Assembly: GCF_038440195.1 (NCBI RefSeq)
Contig: NZ_JASATG010000002.1
Coordinates: 218,198-242,197, forward strand
Length of the DNA stretch: 24,000 bases
From: Pseudoduganella sp. OTU4001
GTDB lineage: Bacteria; Pseudomonadota; Gammaproteobacteria; Burkholderiales; Burkholderiaceae_D
Direction: 5' to 3'
The translations under genes and the position numbers were made by a program. Below the pieces are notes generated by a model that saw only the letters and a program-made list of their open reading frames with translations, was not told where the DNA came from and searched no databases. Within the stretch, counting starts at the first letter, position 1; every line of letters begins with the position of its first letter. This document shows positions 15,192-23,092 of the stretch, in pieces.

Positions 15192-16529
15192 TTTGGCCTG
15201 CAACTGCGCCAGTGCCGCCTCCAGCACTTCGTCGCGGCCGGCCCGCATGCCGTCCACGGTCGGCTTGACCAGGTGCTGCGGCTGCACGCCGACACCGACA
15301 AAGGCGCGGCCATCGGCATAGGTGTCCTGCTTGGTGCAGATGCGGGCACGCCCGCCGCCCGGCAGCTTGATGAACAGCGGCTGGCCGGTGCTGCCGCCGG
15401 TCGGTTCCCCCATCAGGGCGCCGCGCTGCATGCCGTCGAACGCCACCGCGAAGTCCTCGGCAGCCGAGAAAGTGGCGGCGCTGGTCAGCACCAGCACCGG
15501 CTTGGCATAGCGGCGCTGCGGGTCCGGCTGGACCGCGTCCGGCGCCTCGGAATACATCGGCATATCCTTGCCCCAGGCACGCCAGGTCGGCTTGTACTCG
15601 CGGGTGGCCCAGCGGCTGGTCAGGAAGGCCTTGTCGTCCAGCGTCGACAGGATCTTGAATCCCACGCCGCCGTTGCCGCCGCCGTTGCGGCGCACGTCGA
15701 TCACCAGGGCTGAGGACTTGGAGATTTCGTCGAAGGCCGCCATCCAGGCTTCGGCCGCGCTATCGTCCTCAAAGCTGTTCAGCGACACATAGGCCACATC
15801 GCCCGGCAGCATACTGAATTCAAACGATGGGGCGCTGCCGCCGGCCGCCTTGCGTACAGCGCCCGCCACGCGCGGCACCGGCTGCTCGAACTGCTTGCCG
15901 GCAGCGTCGCGGAAGGTGACGCGCGCCGAGCTGCCCACTGCCCCCATCAGGAACTGGTAGCCGAAGGTGCGCAGCTCCTGGTCTTGCGGAGTGGAAGCGC
16001 TGACGAAAGGCGCGACGTCGCGCGCGGCATAAGCTTTGACATCGGCGCCGTCCACCGCCACCACTTCCAGGCCCGGCATGATGCCCATGGCGCGCAGGCC
16101 AGGGTCCAGCACTTCGGTCACGATCACGCGGCCTTCGATCGGGCGGGTTTTCAGCATCGGCACGCCGTACATGCGGTCGAACAGCTCTTGCGGCGGGTAG
16201 ACGTTGGTGTGGCCGTCTTTCAGCTTGGCCACCAGCTCCGCCAGCACGCGGTAGTATTCTTCGGTGCTGCGCGTGGAGCGCACGCGCGGCAGGGTTTCCA
16301 GGTAAAGCCTGTCCCAGTCCAGCTTTTCCAGCATGGCCGTGTCGACGAAGTTGTACTTCACTTCAGACCACAGCTTGGACAAACCGCCAATTTTCTCGTC
16401 CTCGCTGATGTTTTCCTTATACGCCCCCGCCAGCGCCGCGGTTTCCCACTGCATTGCCGGCTGCTGCTGCGCCATTGCGCCGGCGGCCGCCAGGGCCAGC
16501 ACCAGCGCTGCTACATGGCTTTTTGCCAT
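15189..16529 (-). CDS. Secreted S41-family peptidase (C-terminal processing/tail-specific protease-like) with PDZ region, 446 aa
   Basis: Signal peptide MAKSHVAALVLALAAAGAMA|QQ. PDZ-like GIMPGLEVVAVDGADV. S41 core blocks ALVIDVRRNGGGNGG and VLVLTSAATFSAAEDFAVAF. GGAG Shine-Dalgarno upstream. Confidence 0.87.
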   Translation of the reverse strand: MAKSHVAALVLALAAAGAMAQQQPAMQWETAALAGAYKENISEDEKIGGLSKLWSEVKYNFVDTAMLEKLDWDRLYLETLPRVRSTRSTEEYYRVLAELVAKLKDGHTNVYPPQELFDRMYGVPMLKTRPIEGRVIVTEVLDPGLRAMGIMPGLEVVAVDGADVKAYAARDVAPFVSASTPQDQELRTFGYQFLMGAVGSSARVTFRDAAGKQFEQPVPRVAGAVRKAAGGSAPSFEFSMLPGDVAYVSLNSFEDDSAAEAWMAAFDEISKSSALVIDVRRNGGGNGGVGFKILSTLDDKAFLTSRWATREYKPTWRAWGKDMPMYSEAPDAVQPDPQRRYAKPVLVLTSAATFSAAEDFAVAFDGMQRGALMGEPTGGSTGQPLFIKLPGGGRARICTKQDTYADGRAFVGVGVQPQHLVKPTVDGMRAGRDEVLEAALAQLQAK

Positions 16530-16565
16530 CTTGTCTCCAGGATTATTCGAATGGCCGACATTCTA

Positions 16566-16578
16566 CCTTGTTACAAGG
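16566..16578. promoter_or_regulatory. 13-bp perfect palindrome CCTTGT-T-ACAAGG between the divergent S41 and S9 peptidase genes
   Basis: Perfect dyad centred at 16572. On the minus strand it abuts a TAGAAT -10-like hexamer (16565..16560). A second TAGAAT lies on the plus strand at 16608-16613, ahead of the S9 gene. Confidence 0.35.
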
Positions 16579-16649
16579 CTGATACTTTCCGTACCCCGGC
16601 CGGCTGCTAGAATGCTTCCTCGAAAATCTCACTTCACCCTTTCGAGACT

Positions 16650-19007
16650 ATGCGCCGACTTGCCCTTCCTGTGCTGGCAGCCCTGCTGGCCGCCCCCGCC
16701 TTTGCCCAAACCCCGATCACCCTCGACCAGGCCATGTCCCATCCGGACTGGATCGGCACGCCCGTGGAAACCGCCTGGTGGAGCTGGGACGGCAAACAGA
16801 TCTTCTATAAGCAGAAGCGCATCGGCTCCTCGCTGCGCGACACCTTCCAGGCCGGCGACAAGCCACGCCTGGTGAGCGACTCCGAGCTGGCCAACCAGGA
16901 CAGCCCGCAGCCGGTGTACAACCGCGAGCGCACCCGCGCCATCGTGCTGCGCAACGGCGACCTGTTCGAACGCGACCTGAAATCCGGCGCGCTGGTGCAG
17001 ATCACCCGCGGCACCGCAAACGCTTCCGCACCGCAGTATTCAGCCGACGGCCGCGGCGTGCAGTTCAAGGTTGGCAACGACTGGTTCAGCTGGAACCGCG
17101 CCGACCGCCTGGTGTCGCCGGTGGCCCTGCCGCGCGCCGCCAAGGACCCGGCTGCCGCGCCCGACGAAGACTACCTGCGCGATATGCAGCTGCGCCTGAT
17201 CACCACCCTCAAGCGACAGAAGGACGAACGCGACGAAACCCGCGCCCGCGCCAAGGAAGAACGCCAGGCAGACGCCACCCGCGCACCGGCCCCGCTGTAC
17301 TTCGGCGACAAGGTCTCGATCGACGCCTCCTCGCTGTCGCCGGACGGCCGCTGGCTGGTAGTCGCCACCTCGCCAAAGAGCTCCGACAATGGCCGCGTCG
17401 GCAAGATGCCGCGCTATGTGACCGAATCCGGCTACGAAGAATTCGACGACCAGCGCCCCCGCGTCGGCCGCAACCTGCCGCTGGCACAGTCGCTGAAACT
17501 GGTCGACCTGCGCACCGGCGCCATCAAGGACCTGCCGCTGGACAACCTGCCTGGCATCGGTACCGATCCGCTGGCCAGCCTGCGTGAAGCCGCCAAGCAG
17601 CCGGCCCTGAAGGGCAACCGCGCCACCCGCCTGGAAACCGACGAAGGCGACGGTATCGCGTGGAGCGACAACGGCGCCAAGGCTGCCGTCATGCTGCGCA
17701 CGGTGGACAACAAGGACCGCTGGATCGCCGCCATCGACTTCGAAGCGGCCAAACTGAAGTCCGTGCACCGCCTGACCGACAACGCCTGGATCAACTACTC
17801 CTACAACGACTTCGGCTACCTGCCGGACAACAGCACGCTGTGGTTCATGTCCGAGGAAAGCGGCTACTCCCACCTGTACACCCTGGACGCCAGCGGCAAG
17901 CAGCGCGCCCTGACCAGCGGCAAGTGGGAAGCCTCCAGCGTGAAGTGGAACAGCGACGGCACCCTGGCCTACATGCTGTGCAACCGCCGCACGCCAGGCG
18001 AATACGAAGTCTGCGCCGCTTCCGCCAAAGACGCGACCGTGCGCGAAGTGACCCAGCTGAATGGCGGCGTCGAACAGTTCGCCCTGTCGCCCGACCAGCG
18101 CAAGCTGCTGGTGCACTACTCCTCCGCCTACATGCCCGCGCAGCTGGCCACCGTGCCTGCCGCAGGCGGCGCCGCCGCCAAACTGACCGACACCCGCAGC
18201 GCCGAGTTCAAGGCGCGCGAATGGATCCAGCCGCAAATGGTGGCCGTGCCGACCACCCACAATGCCGGCCAGCCGATCTGGTCCAAGCTGTACCGCCCGG
18301 CCAAGCTGGAACCCGGCAAGAAGTACCCGATCGTGCTGTTCGTGCACGGCGCTGGCTACCTGCAGAACACCCACAACCGCTATCCGCAGTACTTCCGCGA
18401 GCAGATGTTCCACAACCTGCTGGTGGAAAAAGGCTACATCGTGCTGGACATGGACTACCGCGCCTCCAAAGGCTACGGGCGTGACTGGCGCACCGCCATC
18501 TACCGCCAGATGGGCCATCCGGAACTGGAAGACTATGTCGATGGCGCCAAATGGATGGCCGCCAACCACCAGGGCGACCTGGACAAAGTAGGCATCTACG
18601 GCGGCAGCTACGGCGGCTTCATGACCTTCATGGCGCTGCTGCGCGAGCCTGAACTGTTCAAGGCCGGCGCCGCCCTGCGCCCGGTGACCGACTGGACCAC
18701 CTACAACCACGGCTACACCGCCAACATCCTGAACACGCCGGACATCGACCCGGAGGCCTACCGCAAGTCCTCGCCGATCGAATATGCCGACAAGCTGAAA
18801 GGCCACCTGCTGATCGCCCACGGCATGGTTGACGACAACGTGTTCTTCCAGGATTCGGTGCGCATGGCGCAGCGCTTCATCGAGCTGAAAAAAGACAACT
18901 GGGAACTGGCCGCCTACCCGCTGGAACGCCACGCCTACACCCAGCCGGAAAGCTGGTACGACCAGTACCGCCGCATCTACCAGCTGTTCGAGCGCGCGCT
19001 CAAATAA
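16650..19007 (+). CDS. Secreted S9-family serine peptidase (prolyl oligopeptidase / dipeptidyl-peptidase IV-like), 785 aa
   Basis: Signal peptide MRRLALPVLAALLAAPAFA|QT. N-terminal beta-propeller-like region. C-terminal alpha/beta hydrolase with PIVLFVHGAGY, nucleophile motif GIYGGSYGGFMT (Ser codon 18606-18608), and LLIAHGMVDDNV (Asp) followed by ..LERHAY (His). Confidence 0.9.
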   Translation: MRRLALPVLAALLAAPAFAQTPITLDQAMSHPDWIGTPVETAWWSWDGKQIFYKQKRIGSSLRDTFQAGDKPRLVSDSELANQDSPQPVYNRERTRAIVLRNGDLFERDLKSGALVQITRGTANASAPQYSADGRGVQFKVGNDWFSWNRADRLVSPVALPRAAKDPAAAPDEDYLRDMQLRLITTLKRQKDERDETRARAKEERQADATRAPAPLYFGDKVSIDASSLSPDGRWLVVATSPKSSDNGRVGKMPRYVTESGYEEFDDQRPRVGRNLPLAQSLKLVDLRTGAIKDLPLDNLPGIGTDPLASLREAAKQPALKGNRATRLETDEGDGIAWSDNGAKAAVMLRTVDNKDRWIAAIDFEAAKLKSVHRLTDNAWINYSYNDFGYLPDNSTLWFMSEESGYSHLYTLDASGKQRALTSGKWEASSVKWNSDGTLAYMLCNRRTPGEYEVCAASAKDATVREVTQLNGGVEQFALSPDQRKLLVHYSSAYMPAQLATVPAAGGAAAKLTDTRSAEFKAREWIQPQMVAVPTTHNAGQPIWSKLYRPAKLEPGKKYPIVLFVHGAGYLQNTHNRYPQYFREQMFHNLLVEKGYIVLDMDYRASKGYGRDWRTAIYRQMGHPELEDYVDGAKWMAANHQGDLDKVGIYGGSYGGFMTFMALLREPELFKAGAALRPVTDWTTYNHGYTANILNTPDIDPEAYRKSSPIEYADKLKGHLLIAHGMVDDNVFFQDSVRMAQRFIELKKDNWELAAYPLERHAYTQPESWYDQYRRIYQLFERALK

Positions 19008-19018
19008 GTAAGCGGATG

Positions 19019-19047
19019 TAAGCCCGGCCAGTGCCGGGCTTTTTTTC
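19019..19047 (+). terminator. Rho-independent terminator after the S9 peptidase gene
   Basis: Perfect 8-bp stem AGCCCGGC (19021-19028) / GCCGGGCT (19033-19040), loop CAGT, followed by a T-run (19040-19047), 14 nt after the stop codon. Confidence 0.85.
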
Positions 19048-19056
19048 ACTTACATC

Positions 19057-19085
19057 TTGCAACAACCATAAGGTTTACTTAAAGT
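19057..19085 (+). promoter_or_regulatory. Sigma70-like promoter for the tandem OMP genes (TTGCAA-N17-TAAAGT)
   Basis: -35 TTGCAA at 19057-19062 within the shared 13-mer ATCTTGCAACAAC. -10-like TAAAGT at 19080-19085. AT-rich surroundings. Confidence 0.4.
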
Positions 19086-19110
19086 TAATTTCCGCTGATC
19101 ATCTTTTCCA

Positions 19111-19132
19111 GGACCTGCGCTAGTGCAGGTCC
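19111..19132 (+). promoter_or_regulatory. Stable 5'-UTR stem-loop ahead of the OMP gene ribosome-binding site
   Basis: Perfect 8-bp inverted repeat GGACCTGC (19111-19118) / GCAGGTCC (19125-19132) with loop GCTAGT, followed by CTCAAAAAGGACTCAAGATG (Shine-Dalgarno AAGGA). Confidence 0.5.
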
Positions 19133-19149
19133 CTCAAAAAGGACTCAAG

Positions 19150-19680
19150 ATGATCAAGAAAATTCTCGCCGCAGCCGCTTGCACCCTGCTCGTGCTGCCG
19201 GCATTCGCCCAGCAATCCGCCACGGCCGGCACTGGCTTCTACGGCGGTATCGATGTCGGCAACACGCACCAGAGCCCTGGCATCAACGACACCAGCGCCG
19301 GCCTGTTCGGCGGCTACCAGTTCAACCGCTACTTCAGCGCGGAACTCGGTTTCCGCCGCCTGGGCGATACTTCCGTTACCAATATCTCCGGCCCGCAGTT
19401 CGACGCAAAACTGATCAAGGAAGACATTCTGGTGTACCAGAAATCGCTGTCGCTGGTGGCGCGCTACCCGGTGGCCGACAAACTGGATGTATACGGCCGC
19501 GCGGGCTACAACCACATCGATTATCGCAGCGATAACGGCGCCAAGCCATCGGCCAATGAAGCCCTGGTCGGCGTCGGCGCATCCTACGCCCTGACACCAA
19601 AAGTCGACCTGCGTATTGAAGCGCAGCGCGCCAAGTCCAGCACCACCAACGTCAGCGTGGGCGCGAGCTACCGCTTCTAA
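19150..19680 (+). CDS. Small outer-membrane beta-barrel protein, paralogue of 14623..15141 (176 aa)
   Basis: Signal peptide MIKKILAAAACTLLVLPAFA|QQ. Strands GFYGGIDVG, GLFGGYQFN, FSAELGFRRLG, LSLVARYPV, LDVYGRAGYNHIDY, ALVGVGASYAL, VDLRIEAQRAK. C-terminal VSVGASYRF. ATG at 19150 has AAGGA upstream; the track ORF starts at 19123. Confidence 0.8.
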   Translation: MIKKILAAAACTLLVLPAFAQQSATAGTGFYGGIDVGNTHQSPGINDTSAGLFGGYQFNRYFSAELGFRRLGDTSVTNISGPQFDAKLIKEDILVYQKSLSLVARYPVADKLDVYGRAGYNHIDYRSDNGAKPSANEALVGVGASYALTPKVDLRIEAQRAKSSTTNVSVGASYRF

Positions 19681-19691
19681 GGCGAGAAACC

Positions 19692-20123
19692 ATGATGCCC
19701 CGGAACATACTCGCCGCTGCAGCTTGCGCCGCGCTCGCAATGCCGGTCTTTGCCCAGGAAATCGCCCCTGCCAGGAAAGGTGTCTACAGCGAAACCGATG
19801 CAACCGGCTACCAATTCAACCACCACCTGAATGCTGAACTGGGATCGCGCCAAACGGTCAACGAACACGGCAAAATCGACCGGATGTCCCTGACGCTGAA
19901 GGGCCGCTATCCCATCACAGAGAAAGTCGACCTGTATGGCCGCGCGAGCTATGACCACATCGTGTACTTGCCCGAAACCGGCAGGAAGAAAACGGTGAAT
20001 GATGCCGAAGCTGCAGTCGGCGCTTCCTATTCAATCAACCGGAAAGCCGGTGTGCACCTGGAGACCCAGCGTGCGAAAGACCTTCCGGCTAACGTCAATG
20101 TGGGCGCAGCCTTGAGCTTTTAA
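19692..20123 (+). CDS. Shortened small OMP paralogue (143 aa), possibly divergent or decaying
   Basis: Signal peptide MMPRNILAAAACAALAMPVFA|QE. Aligns with the upstream paralogue (GYQFN..LNAELG, SLTLKGRYPITEKVDLYGRASYDHIVY, AAVGASYSI, VHLETQRAK, NVNVGAALSF) but is about 33 aa shorter. It starts 11 nt after the upstream stop. It contains visibly more A/T-ending codons than its neighbours. Confidence 0.62.
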   Translation: MMPRNILAAAACAALAMPVFAQEIAPARKGVYSETDATGYQFNHHLNAELGSRQTVNEHGKIDRMSLTLKGRYPITEKVDLYGRASYDHIVYLPETGRKKTVNDAEAAVGASYSINRKAGVHLETQRAKDLPANVNVGAALSF

Positions 20124-20569
20124 GGCTTGATCACACTGCTTGGCAGCACCTGGAAATCGTCTGTCTGGTACAGCGATTGCCAGGCTGCCAGCAGTACTGG
20201 CGGCGGCGTGACCAGTTTGCGCGCCGTCAGGTCCAGCCAGCCGCCCGAACTGTTGATGCGGGCGGCCAGTTTGCCGTCGCTGCGGTAGATATCGGAACGC
20301 AGCATCCAGCGGCTGCCATCCTGCGACAGGCCCGCCACCGCCAGCGTCACGGTGATCTGGTCCAGCAGCAGCACCTCCTTGAAGTAGGCAATTTCGTCCT
20401 TCATTACCACCGGACCGATGTTCAGGCGCTTGAATTCCGCCATCGGGAATCCATTCTCCGACAAGAACAGCATGCGGATATCGCCTGCCTTGTTCAGATA
20501 GGCCGTATTGGCCATATGGCTGTTGAAATCCATATCGCCCCAGCCGGCCATCATCTTGCGCTCAAACAT
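20120..20569 (-). CDS. Hotdog-fold acyl-CoA thioesterase (4HBT/YbgC-like), 149 aa
   Basis: Motif GWGDMDFNSHMANTAYL fits the D-x-D-xxx-H-x-N-xxY thioesterase signature. The ATG at 20569 has AGAGGA 6 nt upstream and is preferred over the track's TTG at 20575. It begins 14 nt after the M20 stop. Confidence 0.78.
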   Translation of the reverse strand: MFERKMMAGWGDMDFNSHMANTAYLNKAGDIRMLFLSENGFPMAEFKRLNIGPVVMKDEIAYFKEVLLLDQITVTLAVAGLSQDGSRWMLRSDIYRSDGKLAARINSSGGWLDLTARKLVTPPPVLLAAWQSLYQTDDFQVLPSSVIKP

Positions 20570-20583
20570 CGTCAATCCTCTTC

Positions 20584-21810
20584 TTATTCGGCCGCGAGGA
20601 AGTCCAGCAATGTCAGTGCCACGATCTTGGTGGCCTTGCGCAAGTCTTCCAGCAGCAGTTTTTCATCCGCCTTCTTGGCATTCGATTCGGGCACGCTGCG
20701 CGGCCCTGCGCCATATAGTACAGCGGGAACGCCATGCTCGCCATAGAGGCGGGCATCGGCATACAGCGGGGTGCCGACCGCCGGGATATCCTCGCCCAGC
20801 ACCGCTTTGGCGTTCTTTTGCAGGTTGGCCACCAGCTGCTGGCCCGCCGGCAGCGGGCGCAAGGCGTGCGACAGCAGCAGGCGCTTGATTTCCAGGCGGA
20901 TGCCGGGGACGCCCTGCACCGCGTCTTCAATCAGCTTGCGCACCTGGGCTTCCACCGCCACCGGATCTTCTTCCGGAATCATGCGGCGGTCCATTTTCAT
21001 GACGACTTTGCCCGGCACCACATTGGTGTTGGTACCGCCATCGATGCGGCCCACCAGCATGGTGGGCGAGTCGATGCCCTGGACCTGGGACTTGATCTTC
21101 TTCAGCTCCGGCAGCTGGCCGTAGATGGCGTTCAGGATTTTCGTCGCCGCCTGCAGCGCGTCGTGGCCGGTTTCCGGCATGGCGCCATGGCCGGACTTGC
21201 CATGCACCGTGATCTCCAGCTGCAGGCAGGCGTTATGCGCGGTGACGATGTTGTAGCTGAAGCCCGCCGCGATCACGTAGTCCGGCTTGGTCAGCTTCTC
21301 GCGCAGCAGGTAGCCGGGGCCCAACAGGCCGCCGAATTCCTCGTCATACGTGAAATGCAGCTCAACGCCGCCTTTCAGTTTGACGCCCAGCGCCTCCAGC
21401 GCACGCACGGCGAAGATGTAGGTGGCGAAATCGCATTTCGACACGGCGGCGGCACGGCCGTAGATATAGCCGTTGTCGATCACGCCGCCGTAAGGAGGAT
21501 AGGTCCAGCCCTCGCCCGGTGGCACCACGTCGCCGTGGGCGTTAAGGGCGATGGTCGGGCCGCCCGCCGCGTAAGGCCGGCGGATGATCAGGTTGGTGAT
21601 CGACTCCATGCCGTAGTCGCGCACTTCCTGCTCCGGCACGGCGTGCTTCTCGGCGCTCCAGCCGTAGGCTTTCACCAGCTCCGCCACAGTCTCCGCATGC
21701 GGCCTGTTGTTGCCGGGCGGCGTATCGGTTGGGACGCGCAGCACTTGCTGCAGCAGGGCCACTTCCTCGTCGAAGTGGGCGTCGATCCATTGGGTGATTT
21801 TCTCGTTCAT
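20584..21810 (-). CDS. M20-family metallohydrolase (ArgE/DapE/ACY1/CPG2-type deacylase/peptidase), 408 aa
   Basis: MNEKITQWIDAHFDEEVALLQQVLRVPTDTPPG..., metal-ligand blocks ALNAHGDVVPPG, GRAAAVSKCD, HFTYDEEFGG and VHGKSGHGAMPETGHDA. The ATG at 21810 overlaps the puuD stop by 1 nt (TAATG). The 118-codon upstream extension in the track is Arg/Gly-rich and lies inside puuD. Confidence 0.87.
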   Translation of the reverse strand: MNEKITQWIDAHFDEEVALLQQVLRVPTDTPPGNNRPHAETVAELVKAYGWSAEKHAVPEQEVRDYGMESITNLIIRRPYAAGGPTIALNAHGDVVPPGEGWTYPPYGGVIDNGYIYGRAAAVSKCDFATYIFAVRALEALGVKLKGGVELHFTYDEEFGGLLGPGYLLREKLTKPDYVIAAGFSYNIVTAHNACLQLEITVHGKSGHGAMPETGHDALQAATKILNAIYGQLPELKKIKSQVQGIDSPTMLVGRIDGGTNTNVVPGKVVMKMDRRMIPEEDPVAVEAQVRKLIEDAVQGVPGIRLEIKRLLLSHALRPLPAGQQLVANLQKNAKAVLGEDIPAVGTPLYADARLYGEHGVPAVLYGAGPRSVPESNAKKADEKLLLEDLRKATKIVALTLLDFLAAE

Positions 21811-23018
21811 TACTTTGCTCCTGCGGCGAACCAGGCGCCCAGTTCGGCGCGTTCCGCATCGGTCATATTGGTCAGGTTGGCGATCGGCATATCTTTCAGC
21901 TCCACCGCACGCTTGTGGATCTGGGCGGCGCGCTGGCGCACCTGGTCGGGCGTATCCAGCAGCACGCCGGCCGGCGCGGTGGCGAAGCCGGGCTGGGTCG
22001 GCGAGGCGGAGTGGCAAGACACGCAGCGCGCGTCGATAATCGCCTTCACTTTCGCGAACTGCGCAGCCGGGTCGGCGGCCGCCTTCACTGGTGCCGGCTT
22101 GGGCGGTGCAATCGCCACCGCCACCGCCAACAGCAGCGCCATGCCAATCGCCGGGTAGCGCCACTCGATGCGGCCCTTGTGGCGCAGGTTGAAGAAGTGG
22201 CGGATAAACACGCCGGCCGCCATAATGAAGCCCAGCACCAGCCAGGCGTACTTGTGCTGGTAGGTCATCGCGTAATGGTTGCTGATCATTATGAACAGCA
22301 CCGGAAGCGTGAAGTAGTTGTTATGCACACTGCGCTGCTTGGCCTTGATGCCGTGGACCGGATCCGGCAAGCCGCCAGCCTGCATGGCCTGCACCATCTT
22401 GCGCTGGCCGGGGATGATCAGCATCGCCACATTGGCCACCATGATGGTGCCGATCATGGCGCCGATGTGGATAAACGCCGCACGCCCGCTCAGCACCTGG
22501 GTCAAGCCGTAGGCCGCACCGACCAGCAGCAGGAATACCACCAGGCCAAGCCATTTCTCGTCCTTGCCCAGCGGCGAGCGGCACAGCACGTCGTACACCA
22601 CCCAGCCAGCGACCAGCGAGCCGATGCCGATACCGACGGCCTGCAGGCTGGTGAGGTCGGCCACCTGCTTATCCACCATCATGGCCTGCGCATTGAAGTA
22701 GTAGGCGATGGTCAGCAGGGCAAAGCCGGACAGCCAGGTGGTATAAGCCTCCCACTTGAACCAGTGCAGTTCCTTCGGCAATTCGGCCGGCGCCACCAGG
22801 TATTTTTGCGGGTTATAGAAACCGCCGCCATGCACCGCCCACAGCTCGCCCGACACACCCTTTTTCGCCAGGTCCGATCCAGGCACTGGCGGCCGGATCG
22901 AGTTGTCCAGCCACACAAAGTAGAAGGATGCGCCAATCCAGGCGATCCCAGTGATGATGTGCAGCCAACGCACCAGCAGGTTGGCCCATTCCAGGCCATA
23001 GGGCAGCAGGTATTCCAT
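21810..23018 (-). CDS. puuD: Membrane-bound urate hydroxylase PuuD (Urate_ox_N/DUF989 membrane domain fused to a C-terminal cytochrome c), 402 aa
   Basis: N-terminus MEYLLPYGLEWANLLVRWLHIITGIAWIGASFYFVWLDNS...GELWAVHGGGFY is characteristic of the PuuD membrane domain, with multiple TM helices. C-terminal soluble domain carries the haem-c motif CVSCH (codons at 22011-22025). AAGGA Shine-Dalgarno upstream. Confidence 0.87.
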   Translation of the reverse strand: MEYLLPYGLEWANLLVRWLHIITGIAWIGASFYFVWLDNSIRPPVPGSDLAKKGVSGELWAVHGGGFYNPQKYLVAPAELPKELHWFKWEAYTTWLSGFALLTIAYYFNAQAMMVDKQVADLTSLQAVGIGIGSLVAGWVVYDVLCRSPLGKDEKWLGLVVFLLLVGAAYGLTQVLSGRAAFIHIGAMIGTIMVANVAMLIIPGQRKMVQAMQAGGLPDPVHGIKAKQRSVHNNYFTLPVLFIMISNHYAMTYQHKYAWLVLGFIMAAGVFIRHFFNLRHKGRIEWRYPAIGMALLLAVAVAIAPPKPAPVKAAADPAAQFAKVKAIIDARCVSCHSASPTQPGFATAPAGVLLDTPDQVRQRAAQIHKRAVELKDMPIANLTNMTDAERAELGAWFAAGAK

Positions 23019-23061
23019 GCAAATCCTTGGGTTAAGAACGTTTCAGTATCATGAAATATGT

Positions 23062-23092
23062 CGTATATTCAAGATATTCGAATTCATATACG
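23062..23092. promoter_or_regulatory. Dyad-symmetric operator candidate in the puuD / LysR divergent control region
   Basis: Perfect 7-bp inverted repeat CGTATAT (23062-23068) / ATATACG (23086-23092). It encloses ATTC-N9-GAAT (23067-23083, a T-N11-A LysR-type motif), the direct repeat ATATTC x2 (23065-23070 and 23074-23079) and the palindrome ATTCGAAT (23076-23083). The 82-bp intergenic region is markedly AT-rich. Confidence 0.45.

Noticed and set aside
17040-19049. 669-aa minus-strand ORF opposite the S9 peptidase gene
   Set aside because: Antisense shadow ORF, Gly/Ala/Val/Arg-rich with no motifs. It would also read through the strong terminator hairpin at 19021-19040.
21811-22164. 118-codon N-terminal extension of the M20 ORF (track start 22164)
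   Set aside because: The extension lies wholly inside puuD in another frame and is Arg/Gly-rich. The M20 homology begins at MNEKITQW, and the ATG at 21810 forms a TAATG junction with the puuD stop.
20734-23054. Plus-strand ORFs of 474 aa (20734-22158) and 379 aa (21915-23054) opposite the M20 and puuD genes
   Set aside because: Antisense shadow ORFs with low-complexity Arg/Ala/Gly/His-rich translations. The minus-strand frames carry clear M20 and PuuD/cytochrome c signatures.
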